Assembly: GCA_050309795.1 (NCBI GenBank)
Contig: JBNRMW010000016.1
Span: 67,257 to 131,256 of the forward strand
Source of the DNA: Erysipelotrichaceae bacterium
Lineage (GTDB): Bacteria; Bacillota_I; Bacilli_A; Erysipelotrichales; Erysipelotrichaceae
DNA: 64,000 nucleotides
Direction: 5' to 3'
Position 1 is the first letter of the stretch. Each line of letters begins with the position of its first letter. Below, piece after piece: positions 1 through 9,356 of the stretch. The position numbers and the translations under genes are program-made. The notes below the pieces were generated by a model. That model made no database searches, was not told the origin of the DNA, and saw only the letters and a list, made by a program, of their open reading frames with translations.

Positions 1-1
1 T

Positions 2-988
2 GGCGAACCACAACACGCCGATCAATATGAAATATCCTTGCGGCCTCAATTGTTAGAGGAGTATATTGGTCAACAAGCCTTAAAAGCCAATCTTCAAATA
101 TTTATGAAAGCCGCCATGGGTCGTCAAGAAGCGTTGGACCATGTCCTTTTATATGGGCCACCAGGCTTAGGTAAAACGACCTTAGCTTATATATTAGCTA
201 ATGAAATGAACCGTCAAATTCGAACTGCATCTGGTCCTAGTATCGAACGAACCGGGGATTTAGCCGCCTTATTGTCGTCGTTGGAACCAGGAGACATTTT
301 GTTTATTGATGAAATTCACCGAATTCCCAAGATTGTCGAAGAAGTTTTATATTCGGCAATGGAAGATTTTGCGATGGATGTCATGGTCGGTAAAGATCAA
401 ACATCCCGTTCCCTGCGTCTGGATTTACCGCCGTTTACTTTAGTTGGTGCGACCACCCGAGCGGGGGATTTAAGTGCACCGTTACGGGATCGGTTTGGGA
501 TTGTCAGCAAATTAGACTATTATACCCACGAAGAATTAGAGCAAATAGTTGCTCGTTCTTCTCGAGTCTTAGAAGTTGAGATTGAAGATCAAGCCGTTGT
601 CGAACTCGCAAAACGATCGCGTGGAACCCCACGAATTGCGAATCGTTTACTACGGCGCGTCCGTGATTTTGCTCAAGTCCAAAACGATAATCAGATTGAT
701 CTTGAGATTACGAATTATGCTCTTAATCAATTGAAAGTTGATCATCTTGGTTTAGATGACGTTGATTTACGTTATTTATTAGGCATTATCGAACGTTTTA
801 AAGGCGGTCCTGTTGGTTTAGATGCCTTGGCCGCATCTATATCCGAAGAACCGATGACTTTAGAAGATGTGTATGAACCGTATCTTTTACAAATTGGCTT
901 TATCAATCGGACTCCGCGTGGTCGGGTCGTGACCGAAAAAGCTTACGCCCATTTAAAAATAAATTATCGTCAACAATTGTTTGACTAA
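2..988 (+). CDS. ruvB: Holliday junction branch-migration ATPase RuvB; 5' end lies upstream of the window
   Basis: Walker [14 protein letters not shown] box and RuvB-type C-terminus. The frame is open back to base 2 ([24 protein letters not shown]), so the TTG at 38 is not the real start. Confidence 0.95.
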   Translation, partial: GEPQHADQYEISLRPQLLEEYIGQQALKANLQIFMKAAMGRQEALDHVLLYGPPGLGKTTLAYILANEMNRQIRTASGPSIERTGDLAALLSSLEPGDILFIDEIHRIPKIVEEVLYSAMEDFAMDVMVGKDQTSRSLRLDLPPFTLVGATTRAGDLSAPLRDRFGIVSKLDYYTHEELEQIVARSSRVLEVEIEDQAVVELAKRSRGTPRIANRLLRRVRDFAQVQNDNQIDLEITNYALNQLKVDHLGLDDVDLRYLLGIIERFKGGPVGLDALAASISEEPMTLEDVYEPYLLQIGFINRTPRGRVVTEKAYAHLKINYRQQLFD

Positions 989-996
989 TAGAAAAG

Positions 997-1022
997 GATT
1001 GAGTGAATGCTCAATCTTTTTT
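997..1022 (+). terminator. Rho-independent terminator after ruvB
   Basis: gattgag-tgaatg-ctcaatc 7-bp stem followed by TTTTTT. It lies between convergent ruvB and the HAD gene. Confidence 0.75.
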
Positions 1023-1692
1023 ATAAGTATAAATGTTGCTCCAACTCTTCGGGACGATTTAAGATAATTTGAGCTTGTTGTTTAAAATAACGGTGATTAT
1101 GGGGACTGATTTGGCTATATTGGGCATACGCAAAATCTACTTGGGCTTGCTGAGCCATTTGCAGGCCATATTGTAAATCGTCAACCATGAGTATTTCATT
1201 GAATTTTAAATCATAGCTAGACATAATTTCAAAGAGTTGTTGAGGATTGGGTTTAATTAACTGTTCGTACTGATCTTTGCAAAAAATATCGGTAAGAACA
1301 ACTTTTGGAAAATGGGCTAAATAATCGCGTTGGATAATTTCTAAGTAATTAAGGGAACTCACAAAGATTAAACCGCCATGTTGATTGTATTTCAAGAGTA
1401 TATCATTGATAAAAGGGAAGGGTTGCGGAACAATTCCCTTCGAAAATTCACGCCAAAGCGTTTCTTCCCATAAAATCTCTTCATCACTCATCTCTAAGAC
1501 TTCTTTATAATACGTGATCAATCCCGGATTCAAATTCATTTTCTGAAATTCCATTAGACTCAGCACTGAATGATGGGGACGGATTTGCTTAATGGCTTTG
1601 ACAAAGGCTGGATAGTGGACGGATTGGGTAGAAGCTACGACCGTATCGTCATGATCGAGCACTAAGGCTTTGTATTTCAATAATTTATTCAT
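1021..1692 (-). CDS. HAD-superfamily hydrolase or phosphatase
   Basis: Motif I DHDDT sits about 14 aa from the Met at 1692 (MNKLLKYKALVLDHDDTVV). The longer ORF reaching 1821 would overlap murG and its promoter, so I trimmed it. Confidence 0.75.
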   Translation of the reverse strand: MNKLLKYKALVLDHDDTVVASTQSVHYPAFVKAIKQIRPHHSVLSLMEFQKMNLNPGLITYYKEVLEMSDEEILWEETLWREFSKGIVPQPFPFINDILLKYNQHGGLIFVSSLNYLEIIQRDYLAHFPKVVLTDIFCKDQYEQLIKPNPQQLFEIMSSYDLKFNEILMVDDLQYGLQMAQQAQVDFAYAQYSQISPHNHRYFKQQAQIILNRPEELEQHLYL

Positions 1693-1698
1693 GGGTCT

Positions 1699-1707
1699 AT
1701 TATAGCA
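1699..1707 (-). promoter_or_regulatory. Extended -10 element (TGCTATAAT) placed 6 nt before the HAD ATG; implies a leaderless mRNA
   Basis: The minus strand reads TGC TATAAT agaccc ATG, and there is no Shine-Dalgarno sequence. Confidence 0.45.
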
Positions 1708-1763
1708 AAGAAGCCGCTTAAAATATGGTATGATAATTAAGCGAAAAGGGAGTAGGTGAACAC

Positions 1764-2843
1764 TTGAAAATTTGTCTTTGTGCGGGTGGTACAGGCGGCC
1801 ATGTTTATCCTGCGGTAACACTAGCCAAATATTTGAAAGAAACGGGGGATACTTTCTTTTTCATTGGCAACAGCCAGATGATGGAAGAAGCGGTTTGTCA
1901 ACAACATAATTTTCGATTCTTACCCATTCATAACAAAGGTCTTTTTAAGAATACCTTCAAAAGTCGTTTTGAAGCGATGACTTCCACGATACGCTCTTTT
2001 TTTGATGCCCGAAAATATTTGAAACATGAAAAACCTGATCTAGTGATGGGTTTGGGTGGCTATGTAACCGTTCCAGTTGGTTTGGCAGCGTTTTCGTTGC
2101 GGATTCCACTCTTACTCCATGAACAAAATGCGCTACCTGGGAAGGCGAACAAGTTTTTATCAACATTTTCTAAAGGTGTTGCTTTATCCTATGCCAGTAG
2201 TGCGTCGTATTTTAAAGGTAAAACGACGCGTTTGACCGGTAATCCGCGTGCAAGCGAAGTGGCTTTACAGCGACCAGATGCTTCTATTTTAAAACAGTAT
2301 GGTTTAGACCAAGACCGACCTATTTTATACATCGTTATGGGTTCTTTGGGTTCGGGTTCAATGAATCGTTTTTTAGTGGAGCTCTTTGAACAATTTGATT
2401 TTAGCGAATTTCAAGTATTGATTTCCGGTGGCGTTCAAAATACTCAAAAACTTCAAAAAGCATTGGAAAAATTTGCATACATTCACATTTATGAACAAAT
2501 CGATCAAGTGGCGATGTTGCCGTTTTGTCGGGTGGTTTTATCACGGGCTGGAGCCACGGGACTGGCTGAATTAATGGCTAGTGGTTCCATTGCTATTTTA
2601 GTGCCTTCCCCGTTTGTTGCGGATAATCATCAGTATTATAATGCGCTTGATTTAGTCGAGCAGCAGGCGGCAGTGATGTTGGAAGAGAAAAAAATGACGC
2701 CTCAAGAAATGTATGATTTAATCGTTGATTTACAAACGAATGAGCCCAAGCGACAACAGTTACGTGAAAACGCCTTGCGGTTGGCTTATCCAACAGCGAC
2801 CACCGATATTTACCAATGGATGAAGGAGCTTGTTAATGACTGA
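1764..2843 (+). CDS. murG: UDP-N-acetylglucosamine--lipid I transferase MurG
   Basis: N-terminal GGTGGHVYPA motif and full-length MurG architecture. TTG start preceded by aaagggag. Confidence 0.9.
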   Translation: MKICLCAGGTGGHVYPAVTLAKYLKETGDTFFFIGNSQMMEEAVCQQHNFRFLPIHNKGLFKNTFKSRFEAMTSTIRSFFDARKYLKHEKPDLVMGLGGYVTVPVGLAAFSLRIPLLLHEQNALPGKANKFLSTFSKGVALSYASSASYFKGKTTRLTGNPRASEVALQRPDASILKQYGLDQDRPILYIVMGSLGSGSMNRFLVELFEQFDFSEFQVLISGGVQNTQKLQKALEKFAYIHIYEQIDQVAMLPFCRVVLSRAGATGLAELMASGSIAILVPSPFVADNHQYYNALDLVEQQAAVMLEEKKMTPQEMYDLIVDLQTNEPKRQQLRENALRLAYPTATTDIYQWMKELVND

Positions 2844-3750
2844 GTATCAACTAAATCGCTTGCGTGAATACGGGGAATTGGTTTTAAATCCTTCGTTTAA
2901 GGAATTGACAACCATTCGTATCGGTGGCCAAGCAAAAGCCTTGTTTTATCCTCAATCCATTTTGTCTTTACAGGCGATGGTTCGCTTTTGTAAACAGGAA
3001 AAGCTTCCGTATTTTGTGATTGGTAATGGGTCCAACTTGCTTGTGAGTGATGAACATTACCCAGGAATTATTATAAAATTAAACCGTACGATTAATGAAG
3101 TGTATTTAATCAATGAAACCCGTTTTGAAGTTCATGCGGGGACATCTTTGATTGCTCTTTGCCATAAGGTTCGCAAGTTAGGCTTTAGTGGTTTGGAGTG
3201 GGCAGCCGGGATTCCTGGTTGTGTTGGTGGAGCAACGTTTATGAATGCTGGTGCCTACAACAAAAGTATGTCTGATTTAATAACTGAAGTCTGTGTGCTC
3301 AAAGATGACGAGATCATCTGGCTGAAGGCCGAGGCGTGTGACTTTAATTATCGAGATTCCATCTTTAAGAAACATCGCGATTGGATTATTGTCGCCATTC
3401 GGATAAAATTAGAAAAAGGCGATCCCTTAGCCATCGAATCTTTGATGCAAGATCGCCAAAAACGCCGCTTAGCAGCACAGCCTTTACAGTCCCCAAGTTT
3501 TGGTTCAACTTTTCGTAATCCACCATCTGCCTTTGCCTGGCAATTGATTGATGAGATTGGATTACGTGGGTTTCAATTGGGCGGGGCTCAAGTGAGTGAA
3601 AAACATACGAATTTTTTAATCAACGTTGCTCAAGCGAGTTTTATGGACATGTATGGGTTAATTACCCGTATTCAACAAGAAGTGAAACGACAACATCAAC
3701 TGGATTTACGCTTAGAAGTGGAGATTTTTAATTGGCCCCAAGAAACATAG
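2836..3750 (+). CDS. murB: UDP-N-acetylenolpyruvoylglucosamine reductase MurB
   Basis: FAD-binding domain TIRIGGQA, GNGSNLL, and C-terminal SFGSTFRNP. ATG at 2836 lies 7 nt after gaaggag and overlaps the murG stop. Confidence 0.9.
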   Translation: MTEYQLNRLREYGELVLNPSFKELTTIRIGGQAKALFYPQSILSLQAMVRFCKQEKLPYFVIGNGSNLLVSDEHYPGIIIKLNRTINEVYLINETRFEVHAGTSLIALCHKVRKLGFSGLEWAAGIPGCVGGATFMNAGAYNKSMSDLITEVCVLKDDEIIWLKAEACDFNYRDSIFKKHRDWIIVAIRIKLEKGDPLAIESLMQDRQKRRLAAQPLQSPSFGSTFRNPPSAFAWQLIDEIGLRGFQLGGAQVSEKHTNFLINVAQASFMDMYGLITRIQQEVKRQHQLDLRLEVEIFNWPQET

Positions 3751-4562
3751 ACCCCATGAGTCGTCTTCAAAAATCCATTCGTGATAAAAAGCGACAGCAC
3801 CGAAAACTCGTGATTAAGCGAATTTTGATTCTGTTAATCGCGGTTTTAAGTGTGCTCAGTGTGGTGGTTTTTGCTTTTTGGTATGATCAATCCGATTATT
3901 CGAAAATTTTAAGCATGACGGTCTTCAATAATCGTTTTGTTAGTAGCCAAGAAATTATTGACGAATTAGAGCTAAAAGAAGGTCAGCGCATTTATACCTT
4001 ATCGATGTCAAACATCGCTGAAAAAGTAAAGGCGGATGGCTTAATTGAACGGGTTGAGGTTAAGCGAAAACTATTTGAACAACACTTAGATATTGTTGTC
4101 ACGGAGAAACCGATTTTGGCTTATAGCGACTTAAATAATCAACAATTTATCGTTTATGCGGCCGATGGTTCCACTAAAATTTTCGAAAATAGTCGAAAAG
4201 ACTTGAAATCGGATTTGATTTATCTTAATGTAAACGACAGTGAGTTGGCAACTCGCGTCATTTTAGCGTTAGCGGGCATGGATCCCATCATTCTAAAGAA
4301 TGTATCGGAAGCCACGATTACGCCGGTATCGTATGACCAACATTTACTTCAACTCACATTGAGTGGTGGGTATTATTTACATAGTGCGCTCTCGGAGATC
4401 GAAATATTCCAAGCCACCCACTATCAAGAAATTATCAACCAACTCCAAAGCGATCTTGATTTAAAGTGTTTAGAACTTGATAAATTAAGTCGAACCGTTC
4501 GTGCGTATCGTTGCCCATGGCAGCCCGAGCCACAAACGCCAGCCGTGGAGACTCAACCTTAA
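3732..4562 (+). CDS. divIB: Cell division protein DivIB/FtsQ (basic N-terminus, one TM, POTRA domain)
   Basis: Basic N-terminus, TM helix ILILLIAVLSVLSVVVFAFW, POTRA-like segment, and synteny after murB. The start is ambiguous: TTG at 3732 or ATG at 3756. Confidence 0.75.
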   Translation: MAPRNIDPMSRLQKSIRDKKRQHRKLVIKRILILLIAVLSVLSVVVFAFWYDQSDYSKILSMTVFNNRFVSSQEIIDELELKEGQRIYTLSMSNIAEKVKADGLIERVEVKRKLFEQHLDIVVTEKPILAYSDLNNQQFIVYAADGSTKIFENSRKDLKSDLIYLNVNDSELATRVILALAGMDPIILKNVSEATITPVSYDQHLLQLTLSGGYYLHSALSEIEIFQATHYQEIINQLQSDLDLKCLELDKLSRTVRAYRCPWQPEPQTPAVETQP

Positions 4563-4608
4563 TAGATAAACTATTCGTGGTATAATTTAACGAAACAGGA
4601 GGATATTT

Positions 4609-4968
4609 ATGTCAATAGAACAATCAAATCGACTTGGTAGCATAAACATTTCACAAGATGCGATCGCCATGTTAGCGGGTGGAACCGTAACCGAATGTTA
4701 TGGTGTCGTCGGAATGGCATCACAAAAATTACTTAAAGACGGCTTTGCTGAGCTCTTACAAATTCAAAACTTTAAAAAAGGGGTCGTAGTCCGTAAAAAC
4801 GAAACCGGACTTGAAATCGATCTGTATATTATGGTCATGTACGGCACAAGAATTAGTGAAGTAGTCACTGGTGTTCAAGAGAAAGTCAAATATATTCTTG
4901 AAAAATCACTCGGCTATGAGATTACCGCCGTAAATGTTTATGTACAAGGAGTAAAGGTAGTTAAGTAA
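4609..4968 (+). CDS. Asp23/Gls24 family protein (YloU-like)
   Basis: Asp23-type sequence (ISQDAIAMLAGGTVTECYGVVGM). Paired with a DAK2 protein as in B. subtilis yloU-yloV. TGGTATAAT promoter at 4578-4586. Confidence 0.85.
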   Translation: MSIEQSNRLGSINISQDAIAMLAGGTVTECYGVVGMASQKLLKDGFAELLQIQNFKKGVVVRKNETGLEIDLYIMVMYGTRISEVVTGVQEKVKYILEKSLGYEITAVNVYVQGVKVVK

Positions 4969-4969
4969 T

Positions 4970-6604
4970 ATGAATAAATTAAACGCACAGGGTTTCAAGG
5001 CTATGTTGGAAAGTGGTTCCAATCACTTAACTAACCGCTACCGTGAAATCGACCAATTAAATGTGTTCCCCGTGCCGGATGGCGACACGGGAACAAATAT
5101 GAGTTTAACCTTTAGCGCTGGGGTTAAAGATGCGCTAGCGAATCGTTCCGATCACCTCGGAGAGGTTTCCAAGACCTTCTCCAGAGGTTTATTAATGGGC
5201 GCACGAGGCAACTCGGGAGTTATTCTTTCTCAAATCTTTAGGGGTTTTACAAATTCCGTTGTCGATAAAACCGAATTGAATGCGCTTGATATTGCGCTTG
5301 CTTTTGACGAAGGTAAACGTGTCGCGTACAAAGCCGTTATGCGTCCTGTAGAGGGCACGATTTTAACCGTCTTAAGAATGGCGGCGGAAGCCACCTTAAC
5401 CTATGCTAATGGCCATGAGATGAATGTCGTTGAGGTGATGGATTATTTCTTAAATCAAGCCAATATTGCCTTGGAACAAACGCCTGAAATGCTTCCTGTG
5501 TTAAAGGAAGTGGGTGTCGTTGATAGTGGCGGATATGGATTCACGACCATCATTGAAGGGTTTAAGAGCTATTTACTGGGTGAACCCATCGTTGCTCAAG
5601 CCGTGAAAACAGGAGATCAACAAGCCGTTCAAGCGAGCTTTGATCATGAAGAATTTGGCTATTGTACGGAATTCATTGTCCGTTTAGATGAATCGGGTCA
5701 ACGCCGTTTTAACGAAGATAAATTTAAAGCCCAATTGGAAGAACTTGGGGACTCTTTAGTCGTCGTTCAAGATGAAGACATTGTTAAAGTCCATGTCCAC
5801 ACCTTGACGCCAGGAGACGCTTTAAATTTAGGTCAACGTTATGGTGAATTTGTAAAACTAAAAATTGAAAACATGTCCGAGCAACATGCCGCTATTTTAG
5901 TGGACGAAGCTAAAATCTATGATGAACCAGAGCAACAAGACAAAGCGGTCAACATCATATCGGTTTGTGCTGGGGATGGTTTACGGGACTACTTTTTATC
6001 CTTAAACTGCAATAAAGTCATTTCCGGTGGACAAACCATGAACCCATCAACCACAGATTTTGTAGAAACTATTCGTGAATTAAAAGCTGAAACCATTATT
6101 ATTTTACCGAATAATTCCAATATCGTGATGGCTGCTAAACAAGCTCGTGATCTCTTGGAAGATCGAAACATTGTCGTCTTAGAGACCACATCGATTGCGC
6201 AAGGCGTCGCTGCCAGCATCGCTTTTAACCCGATGGTTGAAATAGAAGAGAATCTAGAAAACATGCAAGAAGCCATCGACCATGTCGTTTCCGGTCAAAT
6301 TACATATGCGATTAAAGATACCTCCATTGATGGCATTGAAATTACGAAGGATGATTATATGGCAATGATGAATAAAAAGATCGTTTGTTCCATTAAAGAC
6401 CGCGAAGAAGCCTTAATTACTCTAGTTGAAGCGATGGTTAATAATGAAGAAGACTATGAAATTGTCACCTTAATTTATGGCGAAGATGTGAACGAAGACA
6501 TCGCCACCGAAATGGCTGATTTAATTGAAGAAAAAACGGATTTAGAAGTCGAGTTGGTGAATGGCCAACAACCGGTCTATTCTTATATTGTCGGTGTAGA
6601 ATAA
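4970..6604 (+). CDS. DAK2 domain-containing protein (YloV-like)
   Basis: The N-terminal motif NVFPVPDGDTGTNM is typical of the DAK2/YloV family. About 545 aa. Confidence 0.85.
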   Translation: MNKLNAQGFKAMLESGSNHLTNRYREIDQLNVFPVPDGDTGTNMSLTFSAGVKDALANRSDHLGEVSKTFSRGLLMGARGNSGVILSQIFRGFTNSVVDKTELNALDIALAFDEGKRVAYKAVMRPVEGTILTVLRMAAEATLTYANGHEMNVVEVMDYFLNQANIALEQTPEMLPVLKEVGVVDSGGYGFTTIIEGFKSYLLGEPIVAQAVKTGDQQAVQASFDHEEFGYCTEFIVRLDESGQRRFNEDKFKAQLEELGDSLVVVQDEDIVKVHVHTLTPGDALNLGQRYGEFVKLKIENMSEQHAAILVDEAKIYDEPEQQDKAVNIISVCAGDGLRDYFLSLNCNKVISGGQTMNPSTTDFVETIRELKAETIIILPNNSNIVMAAKQARDLLEDRNIVVLETTSIAQGVAASIAFNPMVEIEENLENMQEAIDHVVSGQITYAIKDTSIDGIEITKDDYMAMMNKKIVCSIKDREEALITLVEAMVNNEEDYEIVTLIYGEDVNEDIATEMADLIEEKTDLEVELVNGQQPVYSYIVGVE

Positions 6605-6605
6605 A

Positions 6606-6626
6606 AAGCGGCGAAAGCCGTTTTTT
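6606..6626 (+). terminator. Rho-independent terminator after yloV-like gene
   Basis: cggc-gaaa-gccg tetraloop hairpin followed by TTTTTT. Confidence 0.6.
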
Positions 6627-6629
6627 AAT

Positions 6630-6658
6630 TTGCAAGAAATCGTTAAAGGCTCTACAAT
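6630..6658 (+). promoter_or_regulatory. Sigma-A type promoter for recG
   Basis: TTGCAA, 17-nt spacer, TACAAT, located 24 nt upstream of the recG GTG. Confidence 0.5.
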
Positions 6659-6681
6659 AGAAAATAAAGGAGATTGAAAAC

Positions 6682-8667
6682 GTGCTAACTGCGAAACAAA
6701 AGGAAATTATTCAACGCTATTTAGGTCCCGATTTTAACGAGATCGATGCTTTAGGTATTTATCCGTTTCGCTACGATCATTTTGAAATTAAACACCCAAG
6801 TGCCTATGAAGTTGATGATGACGTTCTCATCTCCGGGCAAATTACAAGTACGATCCAAATCTTGCGTTTTGGTCGGCGAACGATTGTGAAGTTTCGACTG
6901 AGTACTTTAGCCGAAGATTTTCAAGTCACTGTTTACAATCAACCGTATTTTAAACGTCAATTGGAAGGACAAGTTGTTTCCGTTTTAGGAAAGCTAACTT
7001 CCCATAATCAAATTGTCGCCAGCAAAGTCAATCAACAACCTTTAGAAAAAATGGAAGGCTTTTTTCCAATTTATCCCCTAAAGGGTGAAGTGAAACAATT
7101 TCAAATGCGGGCGATTATGAAAAAACTACTTAGAAAGTACCAAGAACACATCGACGATCAAATACCTGTTGAACTCATTGATCGCTATCACTTATCTAGT
7201 CGGCGCCAAGCCATAAAACAAATTCATTTCCCATCCAATCAACAGCATTTAAATCAAGCGTTACGCACGCTTAAATATGAAGAACTTTTAAGATACCAAG
7301 TTGCTCTACAGCTCCAACGTCAAGAGGTTCAAGACGTCGCCAAACCGCTTCGTAACTTGGATCTTACGTCTTTAAATAAGTATCGTCAACAACTGCCATT
7401 TGAGCTCAATGAGCCTCAAAATCTCGTCTTAAAAGAAATTATTGACGATTTAAACGGACCGACCTTAATGCGGCGGCTCTTACAAGGCGATGTTGGTTCG
7501 GGCAAAACGGTTGTTGCACTTTTATCTTCCTTGTTAATGATGGAACAAGGTTTTCAGATTTGTTTATTGGTTCCAACGGAGGTGTTGTATCATCAGCATT
7601 TGAACTGGTTTATCGATTACTTTGGTTCGCGTTTTAATATTGCCGGTTATACCTCCAGTTTACCAACGGCTCAAAAACGTTTGTTTTTAGAACAATTGGC
7701 GACGGGAGAAATACAAGGGGTGGTGGCAACCCACGCAATTTTTAGCCCCGAAGTTGAGTTTTCAAATCTTGGTTATGTCATTATGGACGAACAGCACCGA
7801 TTTGGGGTTCAACAACGTCTAGCCTTACTTGATAAGGGTAAAGAAGTGGATGTCTTAATGATGTCCGCGACCCCAATTCCCCGGACCTTAGCAGCGAGTG
7901 TCTATGCCCATTTGAGTATTTCAACCTTAACGCAAACGATTGCTAGTCGTCATCATATTCAAACAAAACTAATTCTTGAAAATAGTATTCGGACGATTTT
8001 AGATCATCTTCTTGAGCGCATTGAAAACCACCATGAACAAGTTTACCTTGTGTTACCGGCGATTACCGAAGGCGCTCTACCGACCCGAAATGTATCCAGT
8101 GTTACTAAGAACCTTCAACAATCGCTCGGGCATCGGATACGTATTGAACAAATTCATGGACAATTACCAAGCGAGGTTATCCAAGAACGCCTGGCTCAGT
8201 TTAGAAATCATGAGATAGATCTCTTGGTTTCAACAACGATTATCGAAGTTGGTATTGATGTATCCCGGGCGAATACTATGGTCATTTATGATGCCGACCG
8301 TTTTGGTTTGGCGCAGCTTCATCAACTACGGGGACGAATTGGCCGGCAGACTGGTCGGGGTTGGTGTTATTTATTAACCAACAGCCAAAATGAAGACGCC
8401 TTACATCGTTTACGGTTTCTGGAAAAGGAAGAGGATGGCTTTAAGATTGCCCAGTTTGATTTAAAATCGCGCGGTTCGGGGGACTTATTGGGTGAGCGAC
8501 AATCGGGATTCCCGGCCTTTAGTATTGCGAATATATTTGAAGACGAAAAAATCTTAGTTCAGGCCCAATTAGACGCCCAAGAGCTATGCTATAATAACCA
8601 TTACGAGCCCTTTGTTGCGTCGATCCGCAAAGACATCGACTCAATTTTAGCAAAGGCATCCATATAG
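6682..8667 (+). CDS. recG: ATP-dependent DNA helicase RecG
   Basis: Wedge/OB N-terminal domain, helicase motifs GDVGSGKT and DEQHRFG, and QLHQLRGRIGR. GTG start 9 nt after aaggag. Confidence 0.93.
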   Translation: MLTAKQKEIIQRYLGPDFNEIDALGIYPFRYDHFEIKHPSAYEVDDDVLISGQITSTIQILRFGRRTIVKFRLSTLAEDFQVTVYNQPYFKRQLEGQVVSVLGKLTSHNQIVASKVNQQPLEKMEGFFPIYPLKGEVKQFQMRAIMKKLLRKYQEHIDDQIPVELIDRYHLSSRRQAIKQIHFPSNQQHLNQALRTLKYEELLRYQVALQLQRQEVQDVAKPLRNLDLTSLNKYRQQLPFELNEPQNLVLKEIIDDLNGPTLMRRLLQGDVGSGKTVVALLSSLLMMEQGFQICLLVPTEVLYHQHLNWFIDYFGSRFNIAGYTSSLPTAQKRLFLEQLATGEIQGVVATHAIFSPEVEFSNLGYVIMDEQHRFGVQQRLALLDKGKEVDVLMMSATPIPRTLAASVYAHLSISTLTQTIASRHHIQTKLILENSIRTILDHLLERIENHHEQVYLVLPAITEGALPTRNVSSVTKNLQQSLGHRIRIEQIHGQLPSEVIQERLAQFRNHEIDLLVSTTIIEVGIDVSRANTMVIYDADRFGLAQLHQLRGRIGRQTGRGWCYLLTNSQNEDALHRLRFLEKEEDGFKIAQFDLKSRGSGDLLGERQSGFPAFSIANIFEDEKILVQAQLDAQELCYNNHYEPFVASIRKDIDSILAKASI

Positions 8668-8675
8668 GAGGTAGT

Positions 8676-9356
8676 ATGAAATTAGTGGATTGGTTGGCTA
8701 ACCACAACATTGAGGTTCATAATTTAAAACTTCTTCAGACAGCATTTGTCCATAGTTCGTATGTTCACGAAAGTGGTGAGGATGTTTTAGATAATGAGCG
8801 GTTAGAGTTTATTGGAGACGCTATTTTACAAAAATGGAGTGCAGAATTTCTTTTTCATCAACCCCAACAGCTATCAGAAGGGGACATGACCTTGATTCGC
8901 TCCCATTTGGTTTCTCAGAAAGCCCTCCATGGTTTTGGCTTAAAGTTGGGCTTAAATCAATTTTTAAAACTGGGAACCGGAGAAGAAAAATCAGGGGGAA
9001 GGACCCGTCCCTCCATTGTTGCAGATATGTTTGAAGCGTTTTTGGGTGCGTTATATCTGGATAGTGGGGAACAATCAGTCAACAAAATCTTAATGATGGT
9101 CGTCCCCGAAGCCTATCAGCGCTTGGATTTAGAAGATCTCATGGACTATAAAACAAAATTACAAGAATATGTTCAAGCGGATTTTCGCAAAACGGTAACC
9201 TATGAAATCGTTGATGTCACGGGACCCGATAATCAACCGGAGTTTGATGCGATTGTCAAAATGGATGGCTTAATATTAGGTAAGGGTTCTGGTCGTTCCA
9301 AAAAGAAAGCTCAACAAGCTGCTGCTCGTTCGGCTCTAGAAAAAATGGTTAAATAA
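8676..9356 (+). CDS. rnc: Ribonuclease III
   Basis: RNase III signature ERLEFIGDA and a C-terminal dsRBD (KKKAQQAAARSALEK). Confidence 0.93.
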   Translation: MKLVDWLANHNIEVHNLKLLQTAFVHSSYVHESGEDVLDNERLEFIGDAILQKWSAEFLFHQPQQLSEGDMTLIRSHLVSQKALHGFGLKLGLNQFLKLGTGEEKSGGRTRPSIVADMFEAFLGALYLDSGEQSVNKILMMVVPEAYQRLDLEDLMDYKTKLQEYVQADFRKTVTYEIVDVTGPDNQPEFDAIVKMDGLILGKGSGRSKKKAQQAAARSALEKMVK

